From Octopus vulgaris (Eukaryota): a DNA stretch of 64,000 nt. The notes under the pieces were generated by a model. The model was given only the letters and a program-made list of their open reading frames with translations, ran no database searches and was not told where the DNA came from. A program made the translations under genes and the position numbers. This document shows, piece after piece, positions 27,368 to 40,780 of this stretch. Location of the stretch: contig OX597830.1 of the NCBI GenBank assembly GCA_951406725.2, forward strand, positions 72,230,001 through 72,294,000. The letters run 5' to 3'. Every line of letters starts with the position of its first letter. Position 1 is the stretch's first letter.

Positions 27368-27368
<1 letters not shown>
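27097..27368. repeat. ~270-bp near-perfect palindrome
   Basis: TTGTGTCTGGGGAGAGTCATTTTCTTTTTGTGCCTTATAA...TTCAATAGTC | AAGACTATTGAA...TTATAAGGCACAAAAAGAAAATGGCTCTCCCCAGACACAA; lies between (TTA)n tracts. Confidence 0.9.
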
Positions 27369-27462
<94 letters not shown>

Positions 27463-27496
27463 CATTATTATTATCCTTATTATTACAATTATTCAA

Positions 27497-27696
27497 GCAG
27501 TAAACTGGCAGAATTGTTGGCACAGAGGACAAAATGGTTACCGGGATTTCGTCTGTTTTTAGCTTCAATACTCAAATTTCGACGTCGATTTTGCCTTTCA
27601 TCCTTTCGGAGTCGATGTACTGAAGTACCAACTAAGCACTGGAGTCTCCCTCTCCACAAATTTTAAGGTTCGTGCCTATAGTAGAATGGATTATTA
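27497..27696 (+). mobile_element. Diverged SINE C with tail type 2
   Basis: CTGGCAGAATTGTT...TTTGCCTTTCATCCTTTCGGAGTCGAT...GTGCCTATAGTAGAA. Confidence 0.7.
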
Positions 27697-27714
27697 GCTC
27701 CCTGTCTTTCTTTG

Positions 27715-27812
<98 letters not shown>

Positions 27813-27814
27813 TA

Positions 27815-27975
27815 CAGTTGAAATTTACAGAAAAGCAAAAACGAAGATAGGTTTATAAACAACAAGCAGGTGTATTAGTTTGACGCTCAGGAAAGTGAGA
27901 AAGACTTTTACGTTTCGTGCCTACGCCCTTCAGCAAAAAGGAACACGAGGAAATAAACAGAGAGAGAATAGAACA
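27815..27975 (-). mobile_element. Copy of the Penelope-like terminal repeat remnant
   Basis: Matches 7618-7820 (GTATTAGTTTGACGCTCAGGAA...TTTTACGTTTCGTGCCTACGCCCTTC). Confidence 0.55.
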
Positions 27976-28158
27976 TATATGTATATACATATACATATAT
28001 ATGTGTGTGTGTGTGTGTATATATATACAAAAATTCTATAATTATAAATATGTTCATAATTATAGAATTTTTGTCTAAGTTTACCTTTAATGTTTCTTTT
28101 AACATACCAAACTGCTTGGTAAAATGATTTATTATTAATAAATTCATTAATTATACCC

Positions 28159-28204
<46 letters not shown>

Positions 28205-28321
28205 GAGTAAGTCTATAAATCCAACACAAGGTACCGAAGGTACAGAAATGTGTTATTTTTTTAAGCTGCAAAAATTGCTACTCAGAGTTTCACGTTCCCG
28301 TGAGAGAGAGAGAGAGAGAGA

Positions 28322-28367
<46 letters not shown>

Positions 28368-28904
28368 CATACAGATTTACAGATACATAGATGCATACAA
28401 ACATATATATTATAGCTACCTGATTGTACGCAACTCACTATCTCTCTGTCTATTATGTCTATTATATATATATATATACCTACACACATATGTGTGTGTG
28501 TGTGTGTGTGCGCGCGTATGTATATATTTATGTATAGGTGCACAGACATATGTATATTTTCATTACAAGTCTTCATCACACCGTACCTGATCCGTTCTGT
28601 TTCTCCTGTTCCATATTCATTAATGCCGTTTAACGTCTGTTGACTTGTGTTGTTGGAATTTATTAATAGAGGAGACATCGACCGCAGAAATGTAATACTT
28701 GACTCATTACAACGAATAATAAATGGTCATTAACCTTAGCAAACAATATCACACAACACACACGCACAGACACTCTCACACACACATACACACACAGCGA
28801 GAAACGCCCACACATACGCACATTAACGCACATACTTCCTCCAGGAACCGCAGAGTCTATCTCTTCTTAAGTGAGATATTGAATTTATCGCTCTTTTCCT
28901 ATAC

Positions 28905-28956
<52 letters not shown>

Positions 28957-28996
28957 GTTTTATATATGCATACACATATACATATATATATATATG

Positions 28997-29042
<46 letters not shown>

Positions 29043-29070
29043 TATACATATATATGCATATACATATACA

Positions 29071-29155
<85 letters not shown>

Positions 29156-29329
29156 TATACATATATATGTGTATGTGTATTTTTGTATATGTATATGTTT
29201 ACAGAAACACACACAAATATATACCTACATACATGATGGCTGCCACATACATACACACATGCACGTATGTATTTGTGTGTGTGTGTGTATACATTAGATT
29301 GGAATTACAATGCTGTGTAGTCGTGTGCT

Positions 29330-29600
29330 ACTGATTGACAAATCAGAATTGGATTAATGAAATTCCACATAAAACAACCGACTAACGTTTCTTTTGTTTG
29401 GGCGGAACGTAAGGGGAGACTTCCAATCACAAGTTGTATTTCGTCAAATGAAATGTCATCATTTGCATAAAACCATACACAACGTACCAGAGAGCCGAGA
29501 CTTATGGCATGTAACTTGCTTTTCAACCTCTTTCTGATTAGTTAGCTTCTTCAGACGCGGCTTTGTAACGTGGCCTCTGCCAACGAACGCCTGGCGTTTT
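29330..29600. promoter_or_regulatory. Candidate cis-regulatory cluster
   Basis: Non-repetitive island with ATTGG (29348), GGGCGG (29400), CCAAT (29423) and octamer ATTTGCAT (29461). Motif evidence only. Confidence 0.25.
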
Positions 29601-30684
29601 ACAGACGAACTAAAGTAATAATAACAAAAAGCTATTACACATTCTAAAACGAACGCTCTCATGGGGTCAGTGTATAATTTGATATCGGAAATTGCTCAGA
29701 AGATTTATACTGATTCAATTTCCAACGGCTGGCATCAGGAATTCAATGTCAACGTAGCTAAATTCTTGTAAAGACGATCCATGATAAAATCACTGTCCCT
29801 GTAGTATAATTTAAGAGTTTTTCACTAACTCGTAATTCACTTGTAATCCCAGGTATATAGATGTATTTTGCGCATTACGCACCCTCTCCTGACCAAAATT
29901 CTTTTCCTATTTAGCTCTCCCTTTTTCTTCTCTTGTTCGCTTTATCCCCCCATCGCCATCTGTACGTCTCCTTTATCTCCCATGTTATTCATCTATCCAT
30001 CAGTCTATACTCCTCCCTTCCTCTCCTTCACCCTTTCTTTCTCCTTCTGTTTCTGTTTCTCGATGAATAAGTTTCCCTCTGTTCCAGGCTTCTGGATTAT
30101 ATATCTGGTCCCTCTGAGTATCTAATAGATTCGAAACTTCTAATACTGAATCTGAAAAAGAAGATAAACTCTAATATATATCTAATAGTTGTGATTAGTT
30201 TGCTTTCACGTGACCAAAGCATGCTACCAATATCATTTATTGATTTAAGTGGAGAAAATTTATACACTTAAAGAAACTATTTTGGGTATAGAATTGAAAT
30301 GTTGTTGCATTAGTCCAAGCATTCAATGGAAAATCGGTTCGTCGAACAAAGATATATTAAGGCATCTTGATCTGCTGTGGTGTGTCCATTTGCAGCCAAG
30401 TCAAATAAGCCTAATTCCCCGTATGAGTTTGACAAACCAGGTAAGAAGAAAAGTAATGAGTGTATAATCGCCAAAGACCAAATGAAGAGTACATTACAAA
30501 ATAAATTGTGTTTATAATGGAAAGCAAGGTCAGATTCGAATTAAATGCCACTAAAGAATAACACAGAGTAACAAACTTATAAATTATTTTTTTTTACTTT
30601 TAATTATCTATTCTTTTTTATCTTTGGTCAATAAGTGTTATTTCCTATTTGCTTCTATCTAGAAATCAAAGGAAATAACTACTA

Positions 30685-31100
30685 TAGTCGTAGGAGTGGC
30701 TGTGTGGTAAGTAGCTTGCTTACGAACCACATGGTTCCTGGTTCAGTCCCACTGCGTGGCACCTTAGGCAAGTATCTTCTACTATATCCTCGGGCCTACC
30801 AAAGCTTGTTGACGGAAACTGAAAGAAGCCCGTCGTATATATGTATATATATATGTATGTGTGTGTATATGTTTGCGTGTCAGTGTTTGTCCCCCCAATA
30901 TCGCTTGTCAACCGATGCTGGTGTGTTTAAGTCCCCGTAACTTAGCGGTTCGGCAAAAGAGACCGATAGAATAAGTACTTAAGTACTAGGCTTACAAAGA
31001 ATAAGTCCTGGGGTCGATTTGCTCGACTAAAGGCGGTGCTCCAGCATGGCCACAGTCACATGACTGAAACAAGTAAAAGAATAAAAGAGAGTAAAAGAGT
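30685..31100 (+). mobile_element. SINE family A, full length
   Basis: Matches the 15649 copy end to end. Confidence 0.92.
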
Positions 31101-32204
31101 AATCCCTTCAAACTTTTGCTCCTTGTACATCAATATTTTGAAACTGACCGGTTTTCCAATTTCGGACAGGTTCACCTCTCAGTTACTGAAGGAGAAATAT
31201 CGTTATAGCAAATATTCTGGTCAATACCACAGATTTGGTTGTCACTTGCTTGACCTTAACCACACGAGTATATCATTTACACAAGTGACAATATGTGCAT
31301 CTCTAGGTATATTGTGGGAGCATCATAGCAATCTGTTGAGAGAGATTCTTTGAGGTTTTAATAAATATCGTAAAAAATCAAAGTTTGAAGAAAATATTAG
31401 CTATTTTCCAAACTCTCTTGGAGTAAGCAAATAGGAAGTAACAGTTGCTACCCAAGGTCACAATTCGTGTTATACAGTGTAATGAATAATATAAGATCAG
31501 GTCTAGTTGGAAGTATTTCAATTAGAAGGCCCGTGGAAATTCATCTTCGTAATAAAGTCAAACACCTTTAACTGCGATAAACTTTGTTTTCGCTGACCTT
31601 GTTTTTCTATAGTCCTAGTTAAAGGTTCATTGTGTATGTGTATGGATCAAACGCATACTAAGCGTGATTTCCTCGTATTTTTGTATATGTTTCTAGTTTG
31701 AGATGGTGACGTTCGGTATTTTCTATCCCTGCGTAAAAATTGTGATGCAACCGTCTTTACGAATATGAGACAAAAATTATTAATCATAATAATGAGATTG
31801 AAGAAATGGTTGTTAGTTTAGCAGGTTGCGCAAAACAACCTATGAAACTAGTAGAAACAATGTGAAGAGCGTCTAAGGGATCACTTGTTCTGCTTGAAAT
31901 AGTAATAATATTTTCCTTAAGTAACTAGCGTTTCAATTAACATATTACATTAGACAATATGGATGGTCGCAGCTGGAAAGCCTTTTGCTATTTTTACACT
32001 CTGCTTATTCAGACCTATTGTTAAAAAAACAACAATAGCAACTTCAATAAACCAGACTTATGTAAATGTACTCCTTTTATCGATCAGTAGAGAATAGAAA
32101 AGAAAGTGAAACTAGATTGGTCTTAGGGCTGAGATAGAGTCTTAATGAAAAGTCTACTATCTTTGGGAAACAATGGATTTGAAACCATTATTACTATTTA
32201 AGCT

Positions 32205-33285
32205 ACGCAAGGCGGCAGATTGGCAGAATCGTTAGCACGCTGAGCAAAATGCTTAGAGACACTTCGTCCATCTTTACGCTCTGAGTTCAAATTCCAAGTG
32301 GTCAATTTTGCCTTTCATTTTTCGGGGTCAATAAAATAAGTAACAGTTGATCAGTGGGTGGCGATGCAATCGACTAGCCCTCTCCTTCCCTATTTCATGT
32401 TATGTGACTGTATTAGAACTGATTATTAACATTTAATCTTTTAGGAAACGAGTAGTTAGAATGGTGAGCACGCCGAACGAAATGCATAAGGGCGTTTCAA
32501 CCATCTTTAATTTCTGAATTAAAATTCGGCCTTTGATCCTTTTGTGTTCCATAAAATAAGAAACTCTGAAGCTCACAGGTCGATGGGATTGATTAATCCT
32601 ACCCTCCCAAAATCTCAGACCTTGATCAAGTTTCACTGTGAATCAAGACTATTTTAGGCTTTTAGAAGTCGGCGAGCTGGCAGAATCGTTAGCACGCCGG
32701 GCGAAACGCTTTGTGGTATTTCGTCCGTCGCTGCGTTCTGAGTTCAAATTACGCTGAGGTCGACTTCGCCTTTCATCCTTTCGGGGTCCATTAAATAAGT
32801 ACCAGTTACGCACTGGGGTCGATATAATCGACTTAATCCGGTTGTCTGTCCTTGTTTGTCCTCTCTGTGTTTAGCCCCTTGTGGGTAGTAAAGAAATAGG
32901 TATTTCGCCAGCCGCTACGTTCTGAGTTCAAGTTTCGCCGAGGTCGACTTTGCTTATCATCCTTTCGGGGTCGATGAAATAAGTACCAGTTACGGACTTG
33001 GGTCGATATAATCGATTGGCTTTCTTCCTCCAAAATTTCCAAGACCTTGTACCTAGAGTAGAAATAAATATTTTACGCTTTTAGGTAACGAACTAGAAGA
33101 ATGGTTAGCATGTCGGATAAAATGCTTAGAGATATTCTTTCCGGCACTTTACGTTGAGCTGAAATTCAGACGAGGGCCTCTTTATCTTTCGTCTTTCAAG
33201 GGAGATAATATAAGCACCAGCTATATACCGAAATCGATATAATCGTCTTGCACCATTTGCTGGCCTTGTGCCAATATTAGAAAAA
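32205..33285 (+). mobile_element. Cluster of co-oriented SINE C copies, including a dimer at 32668-33068
   Basis: Heads at ~32210, ~32447, ~32668 and ~33087; the dimer is flanked by TATTTTA(G/C)GCTTTTAG. Confidence 0.85.
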
Positions 33286-33546
33286 AATTCTAAGAACAAA
33301 CTTTAGTCGTTGTGAGTTCGGTATGTTTTTTTTTTTTTTTAATTTATTCTATTTATATCTTTCCTCACTTCCTCAGCATTGAAAATAAACAAAATGGATG
33401 TCAGAAATATTTTAAACCCGATTCCATCAATTTACACCGTCTTCACCTTAATCAAGTTATTTGTCTAATACGGAAAAGAAAATAAAGAAAAATATTCTAG
33501 ACAAATTATAATTGACCGTACGCACGCCAAGAGTGCACAGATGGTC

Positions 33547-33562
33547 AGGTCAGTGGAGGTCA
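33547..33562 (+). promoter_or_regulatory. Perfect DR4 nuclear-receptor element AGGTCA-GTGG-AGGTCA
   Basis: Exact motif in unique sequence, with extra half-sites TGGTCA (33542) and TGACC (33513). Function untested. Confidence 0.3.
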
Positions 33563-33815
33563 AAGATAACCGGCCAACAATGCATAGGTTCGTATGCTGC
33601 ATTCGGTACCGCATTATTTATGTGGCTAGGACACTCAACGTTAAATTTACATGCTTATATAGATCTAAGAAGATACACCACGGTAGCTGCATACTTTACC
33701 GATCTGGGAAGGCAGCGTTTTATCAATATTAGTAACGCATACGGCGGTGAACAGATAAATTCGTTTGCACTTTGGAGAAAATGCCTAGTGCATTTCTTTC
33801 GGTTGTTGTTGTAGC

Positions 33816-33900
<85 letters not shown>

Positions 33901-34198
33901 CATTATTATTATTGTTATCATTATTATTAACCTTGTGAAGGAATTAGAGATTTACCCAAAATTTTTACACAAAATCTCGAAAGAAAGATAGATAGATAAG
34001 TATAAGAAAATAGAGAAATACACCTTAATCATTAATCAACTACCAGATAATACCCATTCACATAATTTATTAACCAACTACATATGATCAACAAATAAGG
34101 GTGAGAAAATTGGATACTAATTTAATAGTAGATCCATTTAACACCTGGTGGCTTAGTGCATAAAAACCCGGAATACGATAAATTTTATACATAAATAT

Positions 34199-34357
34199 AA
34201 GAGAGTAACCGCTATGTGGTCGACTCTAGTACTAAAAATAGATCCTCTGTTCGTTTGCGCTAGTAGTCGTGGTAAATTTCATCGGAAGCAATTATTTGTG
34301 GCTGAAACCTAGCGGATCTATTTTTAGTGCTAGAATCGACCACATAGTGGTTACTTT

Positions 34358-34360
<3 letters not shown>
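34199..34360. mobile_element. MITE-like / fold-back element with ~47-bp inverted arms
   Basis: AAGAGAGTAACCGCTATGTGGTCGACTCTAGTACTAAAAATAGATCC pairs with GGATCTATTTTTAGTGCTAGAATCGACCACATAGTGGTTACTTTCTT; TA-rich flanks. Confidence 0.7.
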
Positions 34361-34786
<426 letters not shown>

Positions 34787-35621
34787 ATATATATATGCAT
34801 ACGACTTTTTCATACATGCGCACATCGTACACATACACGTACACACGTGACTTCTTGTCTCTTCAGTACAGTGACATTCAAATGATATTGTTTATGATCC
34901 CTTTTCTTCCTTCTTTCCTTCTTTTTTCCTTCCTTTCTTTATTATTGTTGTTGTTGTTGCTGCTGCTGCTCTTCATCATTTTCGTCGATGTTGTCGTTGT
35001 AGTCGTCGTGGCCCGTTGTCGTTGCCTTTTAATTCAGCTACTGTCATCCGGGTATTGTGGCCTTGCGTGTATAATGTATATGCATGTGTGCATTTTTATA
35101 TAAGCAGCCGTTGTGTGTGTGATTATGTGTGTGCGAATGTCTGTGTGTGACCCGTCTATAGAATCATTGCATGTTACTTGTCGGTGTGTATTTGTATATA
35201 CACTATAATAATATATATGTAGATGTTTATAAGTGTGATCATAATTTGTGTGTATATACGTATGGCTATATGTATTACGTGTTTATGTATGAATGCATCT
35301 ATGTATATATCATGTATGCATATATGTGTATGTATATATACAGATATGTATGTGCATGTTTGTCATCATTATGTTGTGTATGTGTGTATTTATCATAGCG
35401 CTCTCTTTGTGTGTGTTGGGCTCATCTATGTGTATATTTTTCAAAGTCGACCATTTTGTGCCATTGCACGTATAATGTATATACACGTGTGAGAGTGTGT
35501 GTGTTTGCGAGTGTGTATGTGCGTGTATGTGTCACTATGTGTCTACGTTTTAATGTGATTGCATATGATTATATATACGTTTTCTGCGTGTCCTGACTGT
35601 GCATATGCATATATCTATCTA

Positions 35622-35699
<78 letters not shown>

Positions 35700-35923
35700 T
35701 GTATGCATTTATGTATATATGTATATATGTAAATATGTATGTATGTATGTATATATGTGTGTGTAAAGATGTATGTATGCCCTGTTTCGGTTTAAATTTG
35801 TATATGTATATGTGTATATGTATATATCTGTCCTTGCTAACTTTACAGTGTATACGTGTTTATGTATGTGAGAGCTCGTGTGTGTATATATGAGGTTTTG
35901 TGTACCTCTCTGTATCTGGCATG

Positions 35924-35955
<32 letters not shown>

Positions 35956-37219
35956 TGCTTGTCTTGACCGTGTGTACGTATATGCATGCGTTTGTATTAG
36001 AGTATTTGTGTGCCACTCTGTATATTGTAATATCTTTTAGTGTGTCTTTGTGTGCTTGTATGTGTATGTGTATATATGCGCGTGCCTGGGTTGAATCTAT
36101 GTATGTGTACATATACATGTTTTATCATTGGTTTCATATATGTGTGTATGTACATAAATACGTGCGATAGTGTTTGTGTGAGTATGTCACTCTCTATATT
36201 TGGTATTATATTTGTGTGTATGTGTACGCGTGTGTATTTGTATGTGTGCATATGAGTGAATTTCCTGCCTGTGTCTATGTGTGTGTGTATGTGTATGTAC
36301 GTTTTCTCAATGGGTTTATAACTGTCTATGTGTGTGTATGCATACGTGTGCGTTTGTCTTTGAGTGTTTCCGTGTCTCACTCTGTATTTGGTATTATTGT
36401 TGCCCATATACACACGTATATGTGTGCATGTGTGTGTGTGTATGTGTGTGCGCATGTGTGTACATGTGTGTGTGTGTGTATGTGTGTGTATGTGTGTGTG
36501 TACGTGTGTGTGTGTGTGTGTGTTGAAATAAGCCAGGCCAGAAGGCGAGGCATGTTTGTCTTCGACTGAATTTAATCCGTATATGTGCATGTGTGTGTGT
36601 GTATGTGTATGCATGTGTGTGTGTGTGTGTGTGTGTATGTGTGTATGTGTGTGTACGTGTGTGTGTGTGTATGAATAAGCCAGGCCAGAAGGTGAGTGTG
36701 ACTAGATCTGAATTTAATCCGTACGTTGTGAAGTAAGTTGACATTTTTACGACCATGCGAGTCAACAGAGAAGAGAGCAAGCAGGTGATCTCATCCAGCC
36801 GGCCTTCCCGCAAGACATACATACATATACACAGAGAGAGACAGAGAGGGAGAAAAAGAAAGAGAGAAAGAGAGAATAAAGAGAGGGAGAGAGAGAAAAT
36901 AAAGAGAGAGAGAATAGAGATGATGTGGCGATGTGGCTGTGGTTGTGGCAGTTCGGTGATGTCTGTGTGTGTTCGCGTCACATTTGAGGTGGTGTTGCCA
37001 ATACAACAGAAACAGACAGAAGCCAACATAAACCACCGAACGGATAGCCAAACCAAATCTCGAAATAACAACAGCAACTACAACAACAACAACAACAATA
37101 ATAATAATGAAAAAGAAAGGAAGAAGAAAAGAAAGAGTAAAAAGGTCTGAACCTCCAGTGAGGACGGCTGCTGTTTGTATGGGGGGAATGGTAAGAAAGG
37201 AAATTGCTAGGGGGATGAG

Positions 37220-37513
37220 GCTGATGATGATGATGGTGAAGATGGTAGTGGTGGTGGTGGTGGTAGTGGTGGTAGTGGTGGTGGTAGAGGTTGCAATTGT
37301 GACGATGATGATGATGGGGATGATGATGATGATGACGGTAGTGGTGGTTATAGTGATGGTGATGGGAGCAGCGGCTGGACGGGGTTCATTTAATGATGAT
37401 GGTAGTTATGGTGCTTGTGATGCTGCTACTGGTGGTAATGGTGGTGGTAGTGGTTGTGGTGGTTATGGTGGTGGTGATGGTGGTGGTGGTGGTAGCGGTG
37501 ATAAAGATGATGG

Positions 37514-37552
<39 letters not shown>

Positions 37553-37775
37553 GGTGATGAGGATGACTATGGTGATGATGGTGGTGGTGAGTTTGGTGCT
37601 GGTAATGATGATGAGGATGTCGATGACAATGGTAATGTTGATGGTGGTGGTATCGATGACGATGACGATGATGATGATGATGATTATTTTGATGATGATG
37701 ATGATGATGGTGGTGATGATGATGATGATGATGATGACGATGACGACGACGACGACGACGATGTCGATAGTGGTG
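37220..37775. repeat. Mixed (GAT)n/(GGT)n/(GAC)n low-complexity tract
   Basis: Directly visible; it generates the spurious poly-M/V/G ORF 37107-37811. Confidence 0.9.
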
Positions 37776-38467
37776 TTAGTGGCGATAGCGCCTTGTGATA
37801 GGGCTTGTTGAAGTCTTTTTGTTGTTGCATTAATCCCATGTCAATCTTCAGAGAGCAAACACGCGTCTGGAGACATTGCAGTTATAGGCCATGCCACCTC
37901 GTATACTTTTCCCAATTCCTGTGAACACTGAACGCCAAAATCCCGCCATACAACATTCGTGACTGCAGTGGTATTTGTAGCGTTGATAGTTTTGTTGATG
38001 TTGTGACTCTAGTCGTTATGGTGGAGTTGTAAGCGTGGTAGTGGTGAATGCAGTGCTAGTCGTGTTATCGTTGTCGTCTTGGCATTGTTTATGGTACTGG
38101 TGGTGGCATTAGTGGTGATTGTGATGCCGGTAAGGGTGTGGTGGTGGTTTTTGTGCACCAAACTCACTGCCAGCATCATCACCATAACCATCCTCATCAC
38201 CAGAGAGAGAGAGAGAGACGCCATCATATTTATCACCACCACCACCACCACCTCCATAGCCACCACAACCACCACTACCATTACCACCAGTAGCAGCATC
38301 ACAAGTGAAGGTAGTATTGTGTGTGATATTTGTAATGCCAATGGCAAGGATTGAGGTGCTGTTGTTGGTATTTTAGTCAATAACATGACTAGCGATGTTG
38401 GCATTAGGGATGATTCTGATTGTGGCCGTAGACTAATTAGTTGCTATGGTGATTGTTGTTAACCTCT

Positions 38468-38541
<74 letters not shown>

Positions 38542-38875
38542 GTGTGGTAAAACTGTTGTTGATAGTGGCTTGAATATCTATGATATTAGTGGTGAATATA
38601 CATACATGCGTTATGTGTGCTGGTGGTACTATTGACAGAGGATGATGTTATTGATCCCCAGATCAACAGAACTAGGGTCAAAGGCTTTCCAACCGTGTCC
38701 TTCCAAGCATTTTCCTATAACTCCGGACTACATTATCAAACGTATCATTTTCTAAGAGAGTGGCGTGTGATTTGAAGGGAAATTGGCAGCTAATTTTCGT
38801 AGGTAAATAGCCTGCGAAAAAGCTTTCACGTTGGCTTGGCAATGTGCAGAAAGGTAGAAGTGATAGTATTGTTAA

Positions 38876-39067
38876 CTCTTTTGTTACCATATTTCTGTTG
38901 AGATGCACAGTGTTCCTTTTCATTAATTTTAAATGAAGCCAAGAATTTAGCAAAATAACAGTTATTATTAAGCTAGTGTTAGGAACATAAATTGCGACTA
39001 AGCTTTGGTGGAAGACATTTGTACGACAGAGCCAGAGGCGGTTTCAACTACAATGGTAACAAAAGGC
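38876..39067. mobile_element. Non-autonomous piggyBac-like MITE
   Basis: TTAA|CTCTTTTGTTACCAT ... ATGGTAACAAAAGGC|TTAA: 15-bp imperfect TIR with TTAA on both sides. Confidence 0.6.
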
Positions 39068-39164
39068 TTAAAGTAGTGTAGGTGTTTGTGTGTGGGATGA
39101 TGAGTGCGTTTGAAATTGTGGGCGGCAATCTTTATGTAATATTCCTATTTATACTATTACTATT

Positions 39165-39374
39165 TTACTCTCTTACTTGTTTCAGTCATTTGACGGAGGC
39201 CATGCTGGAGCACCAACTTTAGTCGAGCAAATCGAACCCAGGACTTATTCTTTCTAAGCCTAGTACTTATTCTATCGGTCTCTTTTTCCGAACCGCTAAG
39301 TTAAAGACACCAGCATCAGTTGTGAAGCGATTTTGGGGGGAAAAACACAGATACACAAACATACACACACACAC

Positions 39375-39415
<41 letters not shown>

Positions 39416-39565
39416 TACGACGGGCTTCTTTCAGTTTCCGTCTACCAAATCCACTCACAAGGTTTTGGTCGGCCCGAAGCTATAGTAGAAGACATTCGCC
39501 CAAGGTGCCACGCAGTCAGACTGATCCCGGAAGCATGTGGTTGGTAAGCAAAGCCACTCCTAGGC
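39165..39565 (-). mobile_element. SINE family A
   Basis: Reverse complement of family A, including the internal microsatellite. Confidence 0.9.
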
Positions 39566-39649
39566 CTATTTTTGTATATATATATGTGTGTGTTTGTGTA
39601 TATTTGTGTGTGTGTGTTGGGTATGATTATATTTTTTTATATAATCGTT

Positions 39650-40780
39650 GCTAATTCAGAAAAAAACATGCAATTTTGTTCTGGACCAAGTACTTAACTG
39701 ATATTTTATTTTATCGACCCCGAAAAATAGAAAAAAAGAATTGACCTTGGCAGAGTCGAACTTATAACGTACATATTCGGAATATAGACTACGAGACATT
39801 TTGTCCGGTGCTCTAGCGATTCTACGAATCCAACGATATATTTTATTCGTATTAATTCTGAAGACATCCTAGTAGTGAATTGAATCGACCCTTGTAGTTC
39901 GGTTATACAAATGTTATCAATCATTGAATCATGGCGAGTAAAGTCAACCCTGACTGTATTAAGCATGACTAAATAGATGAAAAGCGAACTTAACACAAGC
40001 GCTCGAAAGTGAATGAATGTAATTCCATACAGCAAGCCATTGAGTCCGTCACTCTTGTGTTTCAGCCAAATTCGCCGTCTAATCTTCGATATATGATAAT
40101 CTTTTCTACTGTAAGTACAAGGCCTGACATTTGGGGGAGGGGGATGGTCGATTACATCGACCCCCAGTACTCAACTGGTACTTATTCTATCGACGCCGAA
40201 AGGAAGAAAGGCAAAGTGGACATCGGCGGAATTTGAGCTTAGAACGTAAGTACGGTCGAAATACCTATTTATTTACTACCCACAAGGGGCTAAACACAGA
40301 GAGGACAAACAAGAATAAACAAACGGATTAAGTTGATTATATTGACCCCGAAAGGAAGCAAAGTCAACCTCGGCGGAATTTGAACTCAGAACGTAGCAGC
40401 AGACGAAATACCGCTAAGCATTTCGCCCGGCGTGCTAACGTTTCTGCCAGCTCGCCGCCTCCCCCCGATATATAATAATTATTTCTTTATTCCCCACAGG
40501 GGGCTAAGCAGGGAGGAGACAAAAAGGACAAGGGATAAAGTCGATTACATCTGGCACTTATTTAATCGACCCCAAAAGTATAAAAGGCAAAGTCGATCTC
40601 GGCGGAATTTGAACTCAGAACGTAACGGCAGACGAAATACCACTAAGCATTTCGCTCGGCATGCTAACGATTCTGCCAGGCGATATATAATAATGCTAGG
40701 ACTAAGGCAGTGATTTGGCAGAATTTTAGAGCGCCGGACGAAATGTTTTGCCCAAAGGTCAACTTTGGCTTTCATCCTAT
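39650..40780 (-). mobile_element. Cluster of SINE C copies (mostly minus strand, one nested dimer)
   Basis: Repeated GGCAAAGTCGACCTCGGCGGAATTTGAACTCAGAACG-type cores at ~39740, 40210, 40360 and 40590; short plus-strand head at ~40705. Confidence 0.85.

Noticed and set aside
31105-32045. Additional old interspersed repeats (also ~5470-5540, 38650-38815)
   Set aside because: They look like decayed repeat fragments but are too degenerate to bound or classify from this window.
36697-36720. miR-279-like TGACTAGATC
   Set aside because: Only the first 10 nt match and there is no complementary arm to form a precursor hairpin.
37107-37811. 234-aa Met/Val/Gly-rich protein (reflectin-like?)
   Set aside because: Pure trinucleotide low complexity, with no reflectin motif.
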